Positions 9,074-17,491 of a stretch of DNA of 24,572 nt are shown here, piece after piece. The first letter of the stretch is position 1. Every line of letters starts with the position of its first letter. A model generated the notes under the pieces. The model made no database searches. It saw only the letters and a program-made list of their open reading frames with translations, and was not told where the DNA came from. Where the stretch lies: contig JAVVGL010000028.1 of assembly GCA_032249135.1 (NCBI GenBank), positions 1 to 24,572 on the forward strand, given 5' to 3'. This DNA is from Candidatus Calescibacterium sp. (GTDB lineage: Bacteria > Calescibacteriota > Calescibacteriia > Calescibacteriales > Calescibacteriaceae). The position numbers and the translations under genes are program-made.

Positions 9074-9616
9074 ATGGCTTACCCGAAAGAGCCAGATCCC
9101 GTTAAATTTTTTGTTGCAGTTTTGTTCTCTGATAAGGAAAGGTTTTCTAAGGCGAAATCTTTGATGATAGAGTATTTTGGCAACCTTGATTTTGAAAGCG
9201 AAACAAAAAAATTTGATGTCTCAAACTACTACAAAGATGAAATGGGAGAAAATATTTTCAGGGTTTTTTTATCTTTTGAAACTTTAAGAACACCTGATTT
9301 TTTAGTTGAAATGAAACTGAAAAGTTTGGAAATTGAAACAAAATTAGCTTATGAAGGAAGGAGAAAGGTAAATATAGACCCAGGTTATATTGATTTTTCT
9401 AAGGTTATACTTGCAACCTTCAAAGGCGCCGGCTCGAAAATTTATCTTGCAAAAGGCGTATGGGCAGATCTAATTTTAAGATATGAAAAAGGTACTTTCC
9501 ATCCTTTCCCATGGACATTCCCAGATTTCAGAGATGGTAGCTACAACCAAATCCTTATTAAAATAAGAAATTTATACAAAGAACAAATAAAAAAGATGAA
9601 AGAGGTTCATAGATGA
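9074..9616 (+). CDS. DUF4416 family protein
   Basis: YYKDEMG, RKVNIDPGYI, IYLAKGVWADL, FPWTFPDF. ATG 9074 preferred; TTG 9044 possible. Confidence 0.8.
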   Translation: MAYPKEPDPVKFFVAVLFSDKERFSKAKSLMIEYFGNLDFESETKKFDVSNYYKDEMGENIFRVFLSFETLRTPDFLVEMKLKSLEIETKLAYEGRRKVNIDPGYIDFSKVILATFKGAGSKIYLAKGVWADLILRYEKGTFHPFPWTFPDFRDGSYNQILIKIRNLYKEQIKKMKEVHR

Positions 9617-9638
9617 AGCTAAATTTAACTTTCATCTA
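9610..9638. terminator. Inverted repeat spanning the two convergent stop codons (possible bidirectional terminator or hairpin)
   Basis: TAGATGAA-gcTAAATTTAact-TTCATCTA; both genes end AGA-TGA; no downstream U-tract on either strand. Confidence 0.35.
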
Positions 9639-11509
9639 AAAAAAATCAAAACCCTATCTAAATCTTTAAAAAACAATATCAGTTTCCCATACCTTGATGA
9701 TACTCCAAGAAATTTCTGATAAATTTCAAAAGTATGAGAGAAAATTAACTCCTCCATCGTAAAATCTCCTGCTTTCACAAAGAAATATTCTGAGCCTCTG
9801 CAAATTCTATCTGACCAGCAACCCTGACTATCTGTGAAAATAGCAAAGAAAAAATCCGGGGAAAATTTTAATGTAATGAATGATTCTGCCTTTTTAGATG
9901 TAAAAAATTGTTTCTGCGTTGACTTTTCGAAAGAAAAGAAGACTAAATAACCAGCACTTATGGAAGAAATAATGAGTTTATCGCCTTGAAAAATGAAGTC
10001 GTGTGGTTTGCCGAAGAAATTTCCGGAGAAATCAAATTTTTTCTTTCCACTTTTTTTGTCTAAAATAACACCTGCTCCAAAGCTTCTGCCTTCATTATCT
10101 TTTCCGTATGAAAACACAAGAATGTTTTCCTCATCTGCTTTAAAGTAAAGCTCACCATAATCCGGTAGATCAAAGCTTTCTATTTTTTCGCTTTCGCCAA
10201 AGGAAGAAAAAGAAAGAAAAGGGAGAGAATTTGGTAATTCAGTAAAAACACGGGAATAAACAAGAACTTTTTCGTTTGAGATTGGGAAGAAATTAAAATT
10301 GCATGTAGTTAGCTCAATACTAAACTCGCGTTCAACTTTGCCATCACTATCTATTGAGAATAAAGATATGGTCGCCCCATTTGGAGCGTCTCCACAAAAT
10401 TTTTTAAAAACATATATTTTGTTTTCTCCTTGAATCATATGAAATTCTGAACCTAAATTTTTGAGTTCATCGTCTTCGGTCTGTATCGGCTCAATTAAAT
10501 TCTCTTGAAAATAATAAAGAGTTGAGCCTTGCGCAAAGAAAACCTTATCTTTCAATAAAAAATATTTATCACATAATACATTCTGAAATTCTTTAAATGA
10601 TAAACCACCCTGGTCGCTGATAATGAGAAAATTGCTACAAGATGAGTTCATAAATATAGTTGATGTTTGCGACCGAAAAGAGGTTTCTGGAATAAATGCA
10701 GGTATATCTCCCAAATACTTTCCATCATTTCCTGAAACAGAAACTATTGCCGTTGAAATTTCAGATCCAAATTCTGATTCAAATTCTCCTGCCATTTCTC
10801 CGTGAGCAAAAATGTAAAAAGTACTTCCAGATTTTAGTAAATTCACTCTTTCTGCTTGGAATGAAATTGATGTTATAGGTTTTGGTTCAGAAAAAGTAAG
10901 ATCTTGAGGGAAAAAATCAAACATTAGAATTTGATTCCCGGATACAGCAAAGAATTTTACTCTATCTTCTTCCTCCCAAAAAGCAAAGTCAGAAGCTTGA
11001 ATTACCTGATATGATATAGATTTCCAAGTTTTGAAAAACTCCTCAAATCCGGGAAATCCAGCTGAAACCAAAATATTTTTTCTTATGTAAAAAGGAATCT
11101 CATCAGTAAGCGAAGAAGAAAAAATTATTTCCAGAATATACTCTCCGAATGTGACTTGTGAAGGAAAATATAGTTGAAAGATATTATCTTGCTCTCCCAG
11201 GCACAAAAAAGATGTAGGGGTTATGCTTCCTTCAAATCTTTCGTTACCTTTTATAAAGTATGCAGAAGCTGAAATTTCCCGTGAGAAATCTGGGCAGAAA
11301 AAAGATACTTTGAATTCTAATTTTTGTCCCGGAACAAAAAACGATATCCAAGAAGGATAGAAAATTTTGAAATCTAATACCGTAAAGCTTCTCTCAACTA
11401 TATCCGACTCCTTTATCGGAATCCGAACATCTACCTTTTTATCTTTGGCACAAGATAAAAGTAAAAACAAGCTCAAAATAGGAAAAATTTTACTTAACGA
11501 CTTTATCAT
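9632..11509 (-). CDS. Hypothetical lipoprotein (beta-rich; possible Ig-like plus beta-propeller domains)
   Basis: Signal peptide II with lipobox LLLS-C; Phe/Ser-rich short beta-strand pattern; about 625 aa uninterrupted ORF. Confidence 0.75.
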   Translation of the reverse strand: MIKSLSKIFPILSLFLLLSCAKDKKVDVRIPIKESDIVERSFTVLDFKIFYPSWISFFVPGQKLEFKVSFFCPDFSREISASAYFIKGNERFEGSITPTSFLCLGEQDNIFQLYFPSQVTFGEYILEIIFSSSLTDEIPFYIRKNILVSAGFPGFEEFFKTWKSISYQVIQASDFAFWEEEDRVKFFAVSGNQILMFDFFPQDLTFSEPKPITSISFQAERVNLLKSGSTFYIFAHGEMAGEFESEFGSEISTAIVSVSGNDGKYLGDIPAFIPETSFRSQTSTIFMNSSCSNFLIISDQGGLSFKEFQNVLCDKYFLLKDKVFFAQGSTLYYFQENLIEPIQTEDDELKNLGSEFHMIQGENKIYVFKKFCGDAPNGATISLFSIDSDGKVEREFSIELTTCNFNFFPISNEKVLVYSRVFTELPNSLPFLSFSSFGESEKIESFDLPDYGELYFKADEENILVFSYGKDNEGRSFGAGVILDKKSGKKKFDFSGNFFGKPHDFIFQGDKLIISSISAGYLVFFSFEKSTQKQFFTSKKAESFITLKFSPDFFFAIFTDSQGCWSDRICRGSEYFFVKAGDFTMEELIFSHTFEIYQKFLGVSSRYGKLILFFKDLDRVLIFFR

Positions 11510-11517
11510 CAAAAAAT

Positions 11518-11546
11518 ATTTTATTAACAGAAATGATTTTTCTGAA
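11518..11546 (-). promoter_or_regulatory. Putative sigma70-type promoter (TTCAGA-N17-TAAAAT), 8 nt upstream of ATG 11509
   Basis: Minus-strand -35 TTCAGA (11546-11541), 17-nt spacer, -10 TAAAAT (11523-11518), 8 nt, ATG; no SD. Confidence 0.45.
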
Positions 11547-11586
11547 TTTTTATGTAATTTCCTTTCAGGTCAATATGTTTTTCCCT

Positions 11587-11601
11587 ACAGATTCAATCTG
11601 T
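11587..11601. promoter_or_regulatory. Perfect 7-1-7 palindrome ACAGATT-C-AATCTGT (possible operator)
   Basis: Seen directly; overlaps the YbbR-like stop codon, about 80 bp upstream of the lipoprotein start. Confidence 0.3.
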
Positions 11602-12222
11602 TTTTCTTATTTTAACAAAAACCGTAACTGTTTGAGGATACACTTTCAAATTTCCTGTTTTATATAATGGCACCTCAATTGAGAAATCTGATGTCCTCCC
11701 CTGAATATCTATCATATCCGTAAATATTCTATCTTTACCTTTGAGTTCATCCTCAGGTCCCGATATATTTATATACTGTGGATGAACTGAAACTGAAACC
11801 TCATAACCATCTGGTACATTTCCTACAATATCTGGAACAACTCTGACGCTCCTTTGGACTATTCTTTCAAATTCTAAAGTTATGAATTTCGGAGAAATGC
11901 TTTTCAAATTGCATAATGGAGGTACTTTTATTTTCTTACTCATAAGTTCCTCTGCGTTTATGTTATATACTGGAAAAAATTTCCTTTCAAACATTACCGA
12001 TATAGTTCTATTTTTATTCTGAAGTCTCGGGTAAAGTATTTGAGGACAATCTAATTCAGCAACTAATTCTAAGTTTTGCTCCTTTAAAACAATGTCTTGA
12101 GATACACCTTCAACTACAATACTATACCTTAAAGAATAACTGCTTCTGAAAGCGAAAATTGAATAAGCAGTTATAGATAAAGCAAAAAATACAGAAATTA
12201 TTTTCAAATGTATAGGCTTCAT
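11593..12222 (-). CDS. CdaR/YbbR-like domain protein
   Basis: N-terminal TM (KIISVFFALSI), ISPKFITLEFE, VRVVPDIVGNVPDGYEV, VHPQYINISGP, TDMIDIQG, PQTVTVFVKI: typical YbbR repeat pattern. Confidence 0.8.
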   Translation of the reverse strand: MKPIHLKIISVFFALSITAYSIFAFRSSYSLRYSIVVEGVSQDIVLKEQNLELVAELDCPQILYPRLQNKNRTISVMFERKFFPVYNINAEELMSKKIKVPPLCNLKSISPKFITLEFERIVQRSVRVVPDIVGNVPDGYEVSVSVHPQYINISGPEDELKGKDRIFTDMIDIQGRTSDFSIEVPLYKTGNLKVYPQTVTVFVKIRKTD

Positions 12223-12296
12223 AACCAAAATAAAAAGTTAAAAAGGTAATAAAAATTGAAATAAAAAGAGGAAAATTATGAAAGACTATAAAAAAA

Positions 12297-13733
12297 CTAA
12301 AACGAAAGTCTCACAGAGAACATAATTGATGAGTTATCTTTAAAAAAGCCAAAAGGAGAAGTTCTTTTCCCAGAAAGTAAAAATAGACCGGCTGATAATT
12401 CAAGAAAATCGTACGGTTTGAATGAACCCGTAAACACAAAAAAGTTTCCCCTTATTTTTGGTGATTCAATAGGGATATCTAAAATCAGCGCCGGAAGTAA
12501 AGAGAGAGAACTTTGTCCAAAGTAAATTTCATATCTTAGCGAAATTGAAGGTAATATTATTCCTCTTTCTAAAAAAATAATTTTATCCTTTGATAAATTT
12601 ATTGTAGCTCGTGTTCCAGCAATAGAAATAAGATTTGGAACTATCTCTTTTTCAATATCAAACGCAAGCGATATGATCGGGAAACTTTTAATATTTAGGT
12701 TTAAATCTGGAAGAGGAGAAAAGAAGAAAGCTAAATCGTTTTTTAAGAGAAATCCGGATATATCGTAGGACCATCCCCCACCGAGCATGTAATATCTTTT
12801 TGGTTCAAGTTTTAAAAAACTTTCTCCCCTTGATGCTGGTTCAAGTATTTCAGCAGCGGATATATCTAATTTCTGCTCCAAGCTCCCGGGAGTGCGTGCA
12901 AACTCCTGGGAAAATACTGGATCAAAAAAAGGAAGAGGGAAACTGAACCCGGTATATCCCACAAACGCAAGTTGCAAAAGCTCTAACCTTGACGAAAAAT
13001 AAAATCCTAAACCAAAAGATTTTAGCAAATCAGAAAGCAAAGAAGGATATTTTTTGACTATTGGTTGAAACTGACCATCTAAAAGCGGTTTTAGTTGATC
13101 TGAGTTTTTGTCTCCTTCAAATGCAACATATAAGGACCGCCAGTTCATAATTGCCCAATCTCCTTTTACATCAATAAATTGAGGTGGAGTGAAAAATGGC
13201 TCATAAACAACCTGAAAGGATGAACTACCAAAAAGTAGAGAAAAATCAAGAAGTATTCCGGGAGTTTTAAGAAATCTTTGCTCCGCAAATATTCCATCTC
13301 TGAAATCTGGTCTATTTACAACATCCAAAGGAGAGCCATCACATATTCCCCAGCTTACAATTTTTCTACCACCAGATATCAAAAAAGATTCACCCGAGAA
13401 TAAAAAATAAGCTTCATGAACATCAAAAAAATTCTGAAAACGAGAAAACCCTCCGTAAAAATAGTTAAGGTCAAGCTTTCCTGAAAACAAAATAGAAAAT
13501 TTTTCAGAAGGTTTATAGTTCGTTTCAAGAAAAATCCTTTGTTTGAACTCTGCTAAATCCTCAAACGAATTATCTTTTTTCAAATCAAAATAAAACCTTG
13601 TAAGCGAATAGAAAGAGGAATATGAAAAAGGAGTAAATTCTTCTTCTGCATATAAAACTTGCAAATTCAGAAAAAAAAGGAAGGGAAAAAGTGAGAAGAT
13701 AATAGAAAAAATAAAAGAGGGAAAATTTTTCAT
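12297..13733 (-). CDS. Predicted outer-membrane beta-barrel (DUF1302-like)
   Basis: Signal peptide (..VLYA/EE), VHEAYF..SGGRKIVSWG..D..SPLDVVN motif, alternating beta-strands, C-terminal VRLSF. ATG 13733 preceded by AAGAAGGT. Confidence 0.7.
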   Translation of the reverse strand: MKNFPSFIFSIIFSLFPFLFFLNLQVLYAEEEFTPFSYSSFYSLTRFYFDLKKDNSFEDLAEFKQRIFLETNYKPSEKFSILFSGKLDLNYFYGGFSRFQNFFDVHEAYFLFSGESFLISGGRKIVSWGICDGSPLDVVNRPDFRDGIFAEQRFLKTPGILLDFSLLFGSSSFQVVYEPFFTPPQFIDVKGDWAIMNWRSLYVAFEGDKNSDQLKPLLDGQFQPIVKKYPSLLSDLLKSFGLGFYFSSRLELLQLAFVGYTGFSFPLPFFDPVFSQEFARTPGSLEQKLDISAAEILEPASRGESFLKLEPKRYYMLGGGWSYDISGFLLKNDLAFFFSPLPDLNLNIKSFPIISLAFDIEKEIVPNLISIAGTRATINLSKDKIIFLERGIILPSISLRYEIYFGQSSLSLLPALILDIPIESPKIRGNFFVFTGSFKPYDFLELSAGLFLLSGKRTSPFGFFKDNSSIMFSVRLSF

Positions 13734-13755
13734 TTTTACCTTCTTTATTTTAAAT

Positions 13756-14469
13756 TTACCACTTCCCAAGAAAGTCAGGGGAAAAATACTTATCCTGCAC
13801 TTTTATATCAACTTTTATACTTTCTATTATGAGCTCGGTTTCGTTCCCGTTCTCAAGATTTTTGACATGAGTCCTTGTGGGAATATTGTATTTGCCATCA
13901 ACTTTTTTTATTTCATTCTCAATTACTTTGAAGAGTTTTCCATCTTTGTAAAGTTCTGTTTTCAGAACTGCAAAATCATCTTTCCTTACATAAAAAATAG
14001 CTTTTGAATACTGAGAATCCACTCCCTTTTTAGGAGTTGATTCAACAACATATAAATTCTCATCTTCTCTGATGAGTTTATGGTCATAGTCTTCTATTTT
14101 CTTTCTTTCCATATCTTCATATGTGAGTTCGCTTCCCATAAAAGATGTCTTTTTCTGTCCTCCTGCTATCCTTCTTGATTTGTTCAGAGATGGCAAAAAC
14201 AGAAACTGCAAAGTTTCATCCTTTTTTGATATTTGCAAAAACTGAGTTCCCCTTACATCTGCTGGTTCAAGAAATTTAGAGACAGAGTATCTTATATCTC
14301 CATCTGACTTAGTATAAACTACCATTTTTCTTTCTCTCACATCACCGCCTTTTTTTATTATCATTTTCACAGAACTTTCAGAAGAGTGCGGAATAGGTTG
14401 AGAATCTACTTTTTTCATTATTTCCTCGCCCGTTAAAAGCAAAAATGAAAGTATATACACTCCAACCAT
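13756..14469 (-). CDS. Outer-membrane lipoprotein-sorting (LolA-like) protein
   Basis: TGEEIMKKVD, FLEPADVRGTQFL, LFLPSLNKSRRI, SFMGSELTYEDM, SQYSK, YFSPDFL. GGGGGTGG SD-like sequence upstream of ATG 14469. Confidence 0.88.
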   Translation of the reverse strand: MVGVYILSFLLLTGEEIMKKVDSQPIPHSSESSVKMIIKKGGDVRERKMVVYTKSDGDIRYSVSKFLEPADVRGTQFLQISKKDETLQFLFLPSLNKSRRIAGGQKKTSFMGSELTYEDMERKKIEDYDHKLIREDENLYVVESTPKKGVDSQYSKAIFYVRKDDFAVLKTELYKDGKLFKVIENEIKKVDGKYNIPTRTHVKNLENGNETELIIESIKVDIKVQDKYFSPDFLGKW

Positions 14470-14560
14470 AACCAATTCCACCCCCTTTTCTTAATTATAA
14501 CCTTTTTAAAAAATTACTCAGGAAAATAAAAAAGTGTAAATTATGGATAAATTTAATAGT

Positions 14561-15754
14561 ATGTCAAGAAAGGTAGCACTTATCACAGGCATAACAGGAC
14601 AAGACGGCTCATACCTTGCGGAGTTTCTATTATCAAAGGGCTATGAAGTCCACGGAATAATAAGAAGAGCGTCTACATTCAACACCCATAGAATAGATCA
14701 TATATATGTTGATCCACATGAAAAAGACGCAAGACTATTTCTACACTACGGAGATCTGGCAGATCCTGGGATAATTACAGAGATAATATGGAAAATAAAA
14801 CCAGATGAAATATATAATTTGGCAGCCCAATCTCATGTAAAGGTTTCGTTTGATATGCCAGAATACACAGGAGATATAACAGGACTTGGAGCAACAAGAA
14901 TTCTTGAAGCAGTAAGAAGAAGCGGGATAAAAACAAAACTTTATCAGGCATCGTCTTCTGAGATGTTCGGAGATTCACCCCCGCCACAGAATGAAGAAAG
15001 TCCTATGAGACCCCGGAGCCCTTATGCAGTTGCAAAGCTTTATGCATACTGGATGACCAGAGTTTATAGAGACGGTTATAATATTTTTGCATCAAACGGA
15101 ATACTTTTTAACCACGAAAGTCCGCGAAGAGGAGAGACTTTCATAACGCGCAAAATAACCCGAGCGGTTGCTCACATACTTGCAGGAAAACAAAAAAAAC
15201 TTTATCTTGGGAATTTATATGCAAAAAGAGATTGGGGCTTTGCTCCAGAATATGTTGAAGCTATGTGGTTAATTTTACAACAAGATAAACCCGACGATTT
15301 TGTTATCGGAACAGGAGAAAGCCACTCTGTCAAAGAGTTTGCAGAAAAAGCCTTTGAGTATGCAGGAGTTGAAATAGAATGGAGAGGAAGCGGATTAGAA
15401 GAAAAAGGAATTGTAAAAAGTTTTTCGGAAGCCTGGTCAGGTGTCCTAAAATCAGGACAAGTCATAATTGAAGTAGACCCAAGATATTTCCGCCCAATAG
15501 ATGTTGGACTTTTACAGGCTGATATATCAAAAGCAAGGCGTGTTTTGGGATGGGAACCAAGAGTAACTTTTGATGAGCTCATAAAAATAATGGTTGATTA
15601 CGATATGATGTGGGCTGGTCTCACTCCACCAGGTGAAGGAATAAAAATATCAAAGTTAAAGGGGTTCAATTACACAAATCACGACTTTTCATTCCATCAA
15701 AAAATAAGAGAATTCGTTAGTAAGGAAAACATTATTAGGGGAAGCAAAAAATGA
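14561..15754 (+). CDS. gmd: GDP-mannose 4,6-dehydratase
   Basis: [42 protein letters not shown] (YxxxK), [19 protein letters not shown]. Start at 14561 or 14543. Confidence 0.97.
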   Translation: MSRKVALITGITGQDGSYLAEFLLSKGYEVHGIIRRASTFNTHRIDHIYVDPHEKDARLFLHYGDLADPGIITEIIWKIKPDEIYNLAAQSHVKVSFDMPEYTGDITGLGATRILEAVRRSGIKTKLYQASSSEMFGDSPPPQNEESPMRPRSPYAVAKLYAYWMTRVYRDGYNIFASNGILFNHESPRRGETFITRKITRAVAHILAGKQKKLYLGNLYAKRDWGFAPEYVEAMWLILQQDKPDDFVIGTGESHSVKEFAEKAFEYAGVEIEWRGSGLEEKGIVKSFSEAWSGVLKSGQVIIEVDPRYFRPIDVGLLQADISKARRVLGWEPRVTFDELIKIMVDYDMMWAGLTPPGEGIKISKLKGFNYTNHDFSFHQKIREFVSKENIIRGSKK

Positions 15755-15787
15755 AACCTTGAAAAAACTTAATTTATTTACATTGCA

Positions 15788-16537
15788 ATGCTTGAAGTGA
15801 AAAACATAGAAACTGTTTATTTTGATAGACTCTACATACTCAAGGGGCTATCTTTGAAAGTAAATAAGGGAGAAATAAGAGTAGTAATAGGTCCAAACGG
15901 AGCCGGAAAAACAACGCTCCTCAAATCTATAATGGGACTAATAAAAGACCAACCCAGAAAAGGTGAGATAATATTTGAAGGCAAAAACATAACTCGCAAA
16001 GACCCCGAAGAGATAGCTCAATTGGGAATAACTTTGGTTCCGGAAGATAGAGGAATATTTCCTGAATTGAAAGTAAAGGAGAATTTAATTTTAGCAGGCT
16101 GGACTGGTGAAAAAGACCACGAAATTTTTGATGTTTTTCCAAACTTGAAAGATAAGCTAAATGAGCTTGCAAATAACTTATCAGGTGGAGAGCAGCAGAT
16201 GCTTGCTTTAGCTCGGGCAATACTCAAAAAACCAAAACTTATTATGTTAGATGAACCATCACTCGGACTTTCTCCGAAAATAACCACAGAACTTTTTTCT
16301 ATATTGAAAATCCTAAACGAAAAAATGAAAATAACTATTCTCATAGCTGAACAAAATGTAAAGGCTGCAACCTCAATAGCGCATTATGGATATGTTATGG
16401 AAGAAGGAAAAATCGTGTTTGAAGGAACTCCCGAGGACTTCCAAAATAATGAACTCGTAAAAGAACTATATCTTGGAGGTTCAATAAAAAAACCAGAAAA
16501 AGGCTGGCAACTTTATAAAAGAAAAAGAAGATGGTAG
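15788..16537 (+). CDS. ABC transporter ATP-binding protein, LivF-like
   Basis: Walker A GPNGAGKT, signature LSGGEQQM, Walker B MLDEPSLGLSP, AEQN, C-terminal YKRKRRW. Confidence 0.92.
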   Translation: MLEVKNIETVYFDRLYILKGLSLKVNKGEIRVVIGPNGAGKTTLLKSIMGLIKDQPRKGEIIFEGKNITRKDPEEIAQLGITLVPEDRGIFPELKVKENLILAGWTGEKDHEIFDVFPNLKDKLNELANNLSGGEQQMLALARAILKKPKLIMLDEPSLGLSPKITTELFSILKILNEKMKITILIAEQNVKAATSIAHYGYVMEEGKIVFEGTPEDFQNNELVKELYLGGSIKKPEKGWQLYKRKRRW

Positions 16538-16576
16538 AAAATAAAAAGAGCTGAAAAATTTCTAAACTTTTCTATT

Positions 16577-17434
16577 ATGCCTTTTGCTACATCTTTTGAT
16601 GGGACAAAAATTCACTATCAAGTGGTAGGACAAGGAAACAAACCGATATTTTTCATAATGGGTTTAGGAGTAGATATGCGCGGTTGGATGTTCCAAGTTC
16701 AGCATTTTTCAAAAAAATACAAAGTTTATCTTATAGATAATAGGGGAGTAGGAAAAACAGACAAACCTTCAAAGCCATTCACAACAGAAGATATGGCAAA
16801 AGACATTTACTATGTTATGCAAAAAGAAAATGTAGAAAAAGCTAATTTTGTCGGAGCATCTATGGGAGGAATGATATTACAGAAATTTGCCGCATTATTT
16901 CCAGATAAAGTTGAAAACCTTGTTCTGGCTTGCACCCTTGCAAAACTTACAGACTACGAAAAAGAACTTATAAGAAAAGGTTTCAAATTCATAAAAGGAA
17001 TTGATGTTGATGTTAATAACGAAGAAATAATTAAAAACTTACTTTTACAAACAATAGAAGCCGATCCAGAAAGAATTTTCAATTTCCTCTCAAAAAATAT
17101 ATTCACACCCTCATTTTTTGAACAAAACAAAGATTTTATAATTAATTTCTTCAAAGATTATCTGAAAGATGGTTTCAGTGTTAGTGGATTTATGAAGCAA
17201 GTCTGGGCAATCCTGAACCATGACTCAACAGAAGACCTACCAAAAATAACCGCAAGAACCCTCGTAATAACTGGAGACGCTGATAAAATGGTTCCACCAG
17301 AAAAATCCCTATTTATACATCAGAAGATAAAAAACTCTCAACTGAAAATGATAAAAGGGGGGTCTCACGCTTTTATGTTTGAAAGATACGAAGAATTCAA
17401 CCATGAAATAGAAAAATTTATTGAGTCAAACTAA
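16577..17434 (+). CDS. Alpha/beta fold hydrolase (enol-lactonase/esterase-like)
   Basis: DNRGVG, nucleophile elbow GASMGG, GDADKMVP (Asp), GGSH (His). Confidence 0.9.
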   Translation: MPFATSFDGTKIHYQVVGQGNKPIFFIMGLGVDMRGWMFQVQHFSKKYKVYLIDNRGVGKTDKPSKPFTTEDMAKDIYYVMQKENVEKANFVGASMGGMILQKFAALFPDKVENLVLACTLAKLTDYEKELIRKGFKFIKGIDVDVNNEEIIKNLLLQTIEADPERIFNFLSKNIFTPSFFEQNKDFIINFFKDYLKDGFSVSGFMKQVWAILNHDSTEDLPKITARTLVITGDADKMVPPEKSLFIHQKIKNSQLKMIKGGSHAFMFERYEEFNHEIEKFIESN

Positions 17435-17436
17435 AA

Positions 17437-17471
17437 AAAAAACAGATTTAATTTGAAAAAATCAGATTTAA
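17437..17471. repeat. Direct repeat AAAAA(A/T)CAGATTTAA x2, 20-bp period, in a convergent intergenic gap
   Basis: CAGATTTAA at 17443-17451 and 17463-17471, each preceded by an A-run. Confidence 0.6.
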
Positions 17472-17491
17472 CCCAGTACACAAAAACAACC

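Noticed and set aside
13734..13769. Overlap between the LolA-like and barrel ORFs suggesting a frameshift or fusion
   Set aside because: ATG 13733 with SD-like AAGAAGGT and its own signal peptide removes the overlap.
3051..15754. galU plus gmd as a polysaccharide biosynthesis locus
   Set aside because: More than 10 kb apart with no glycosyltransferase, flippase or polymerase genes between them.
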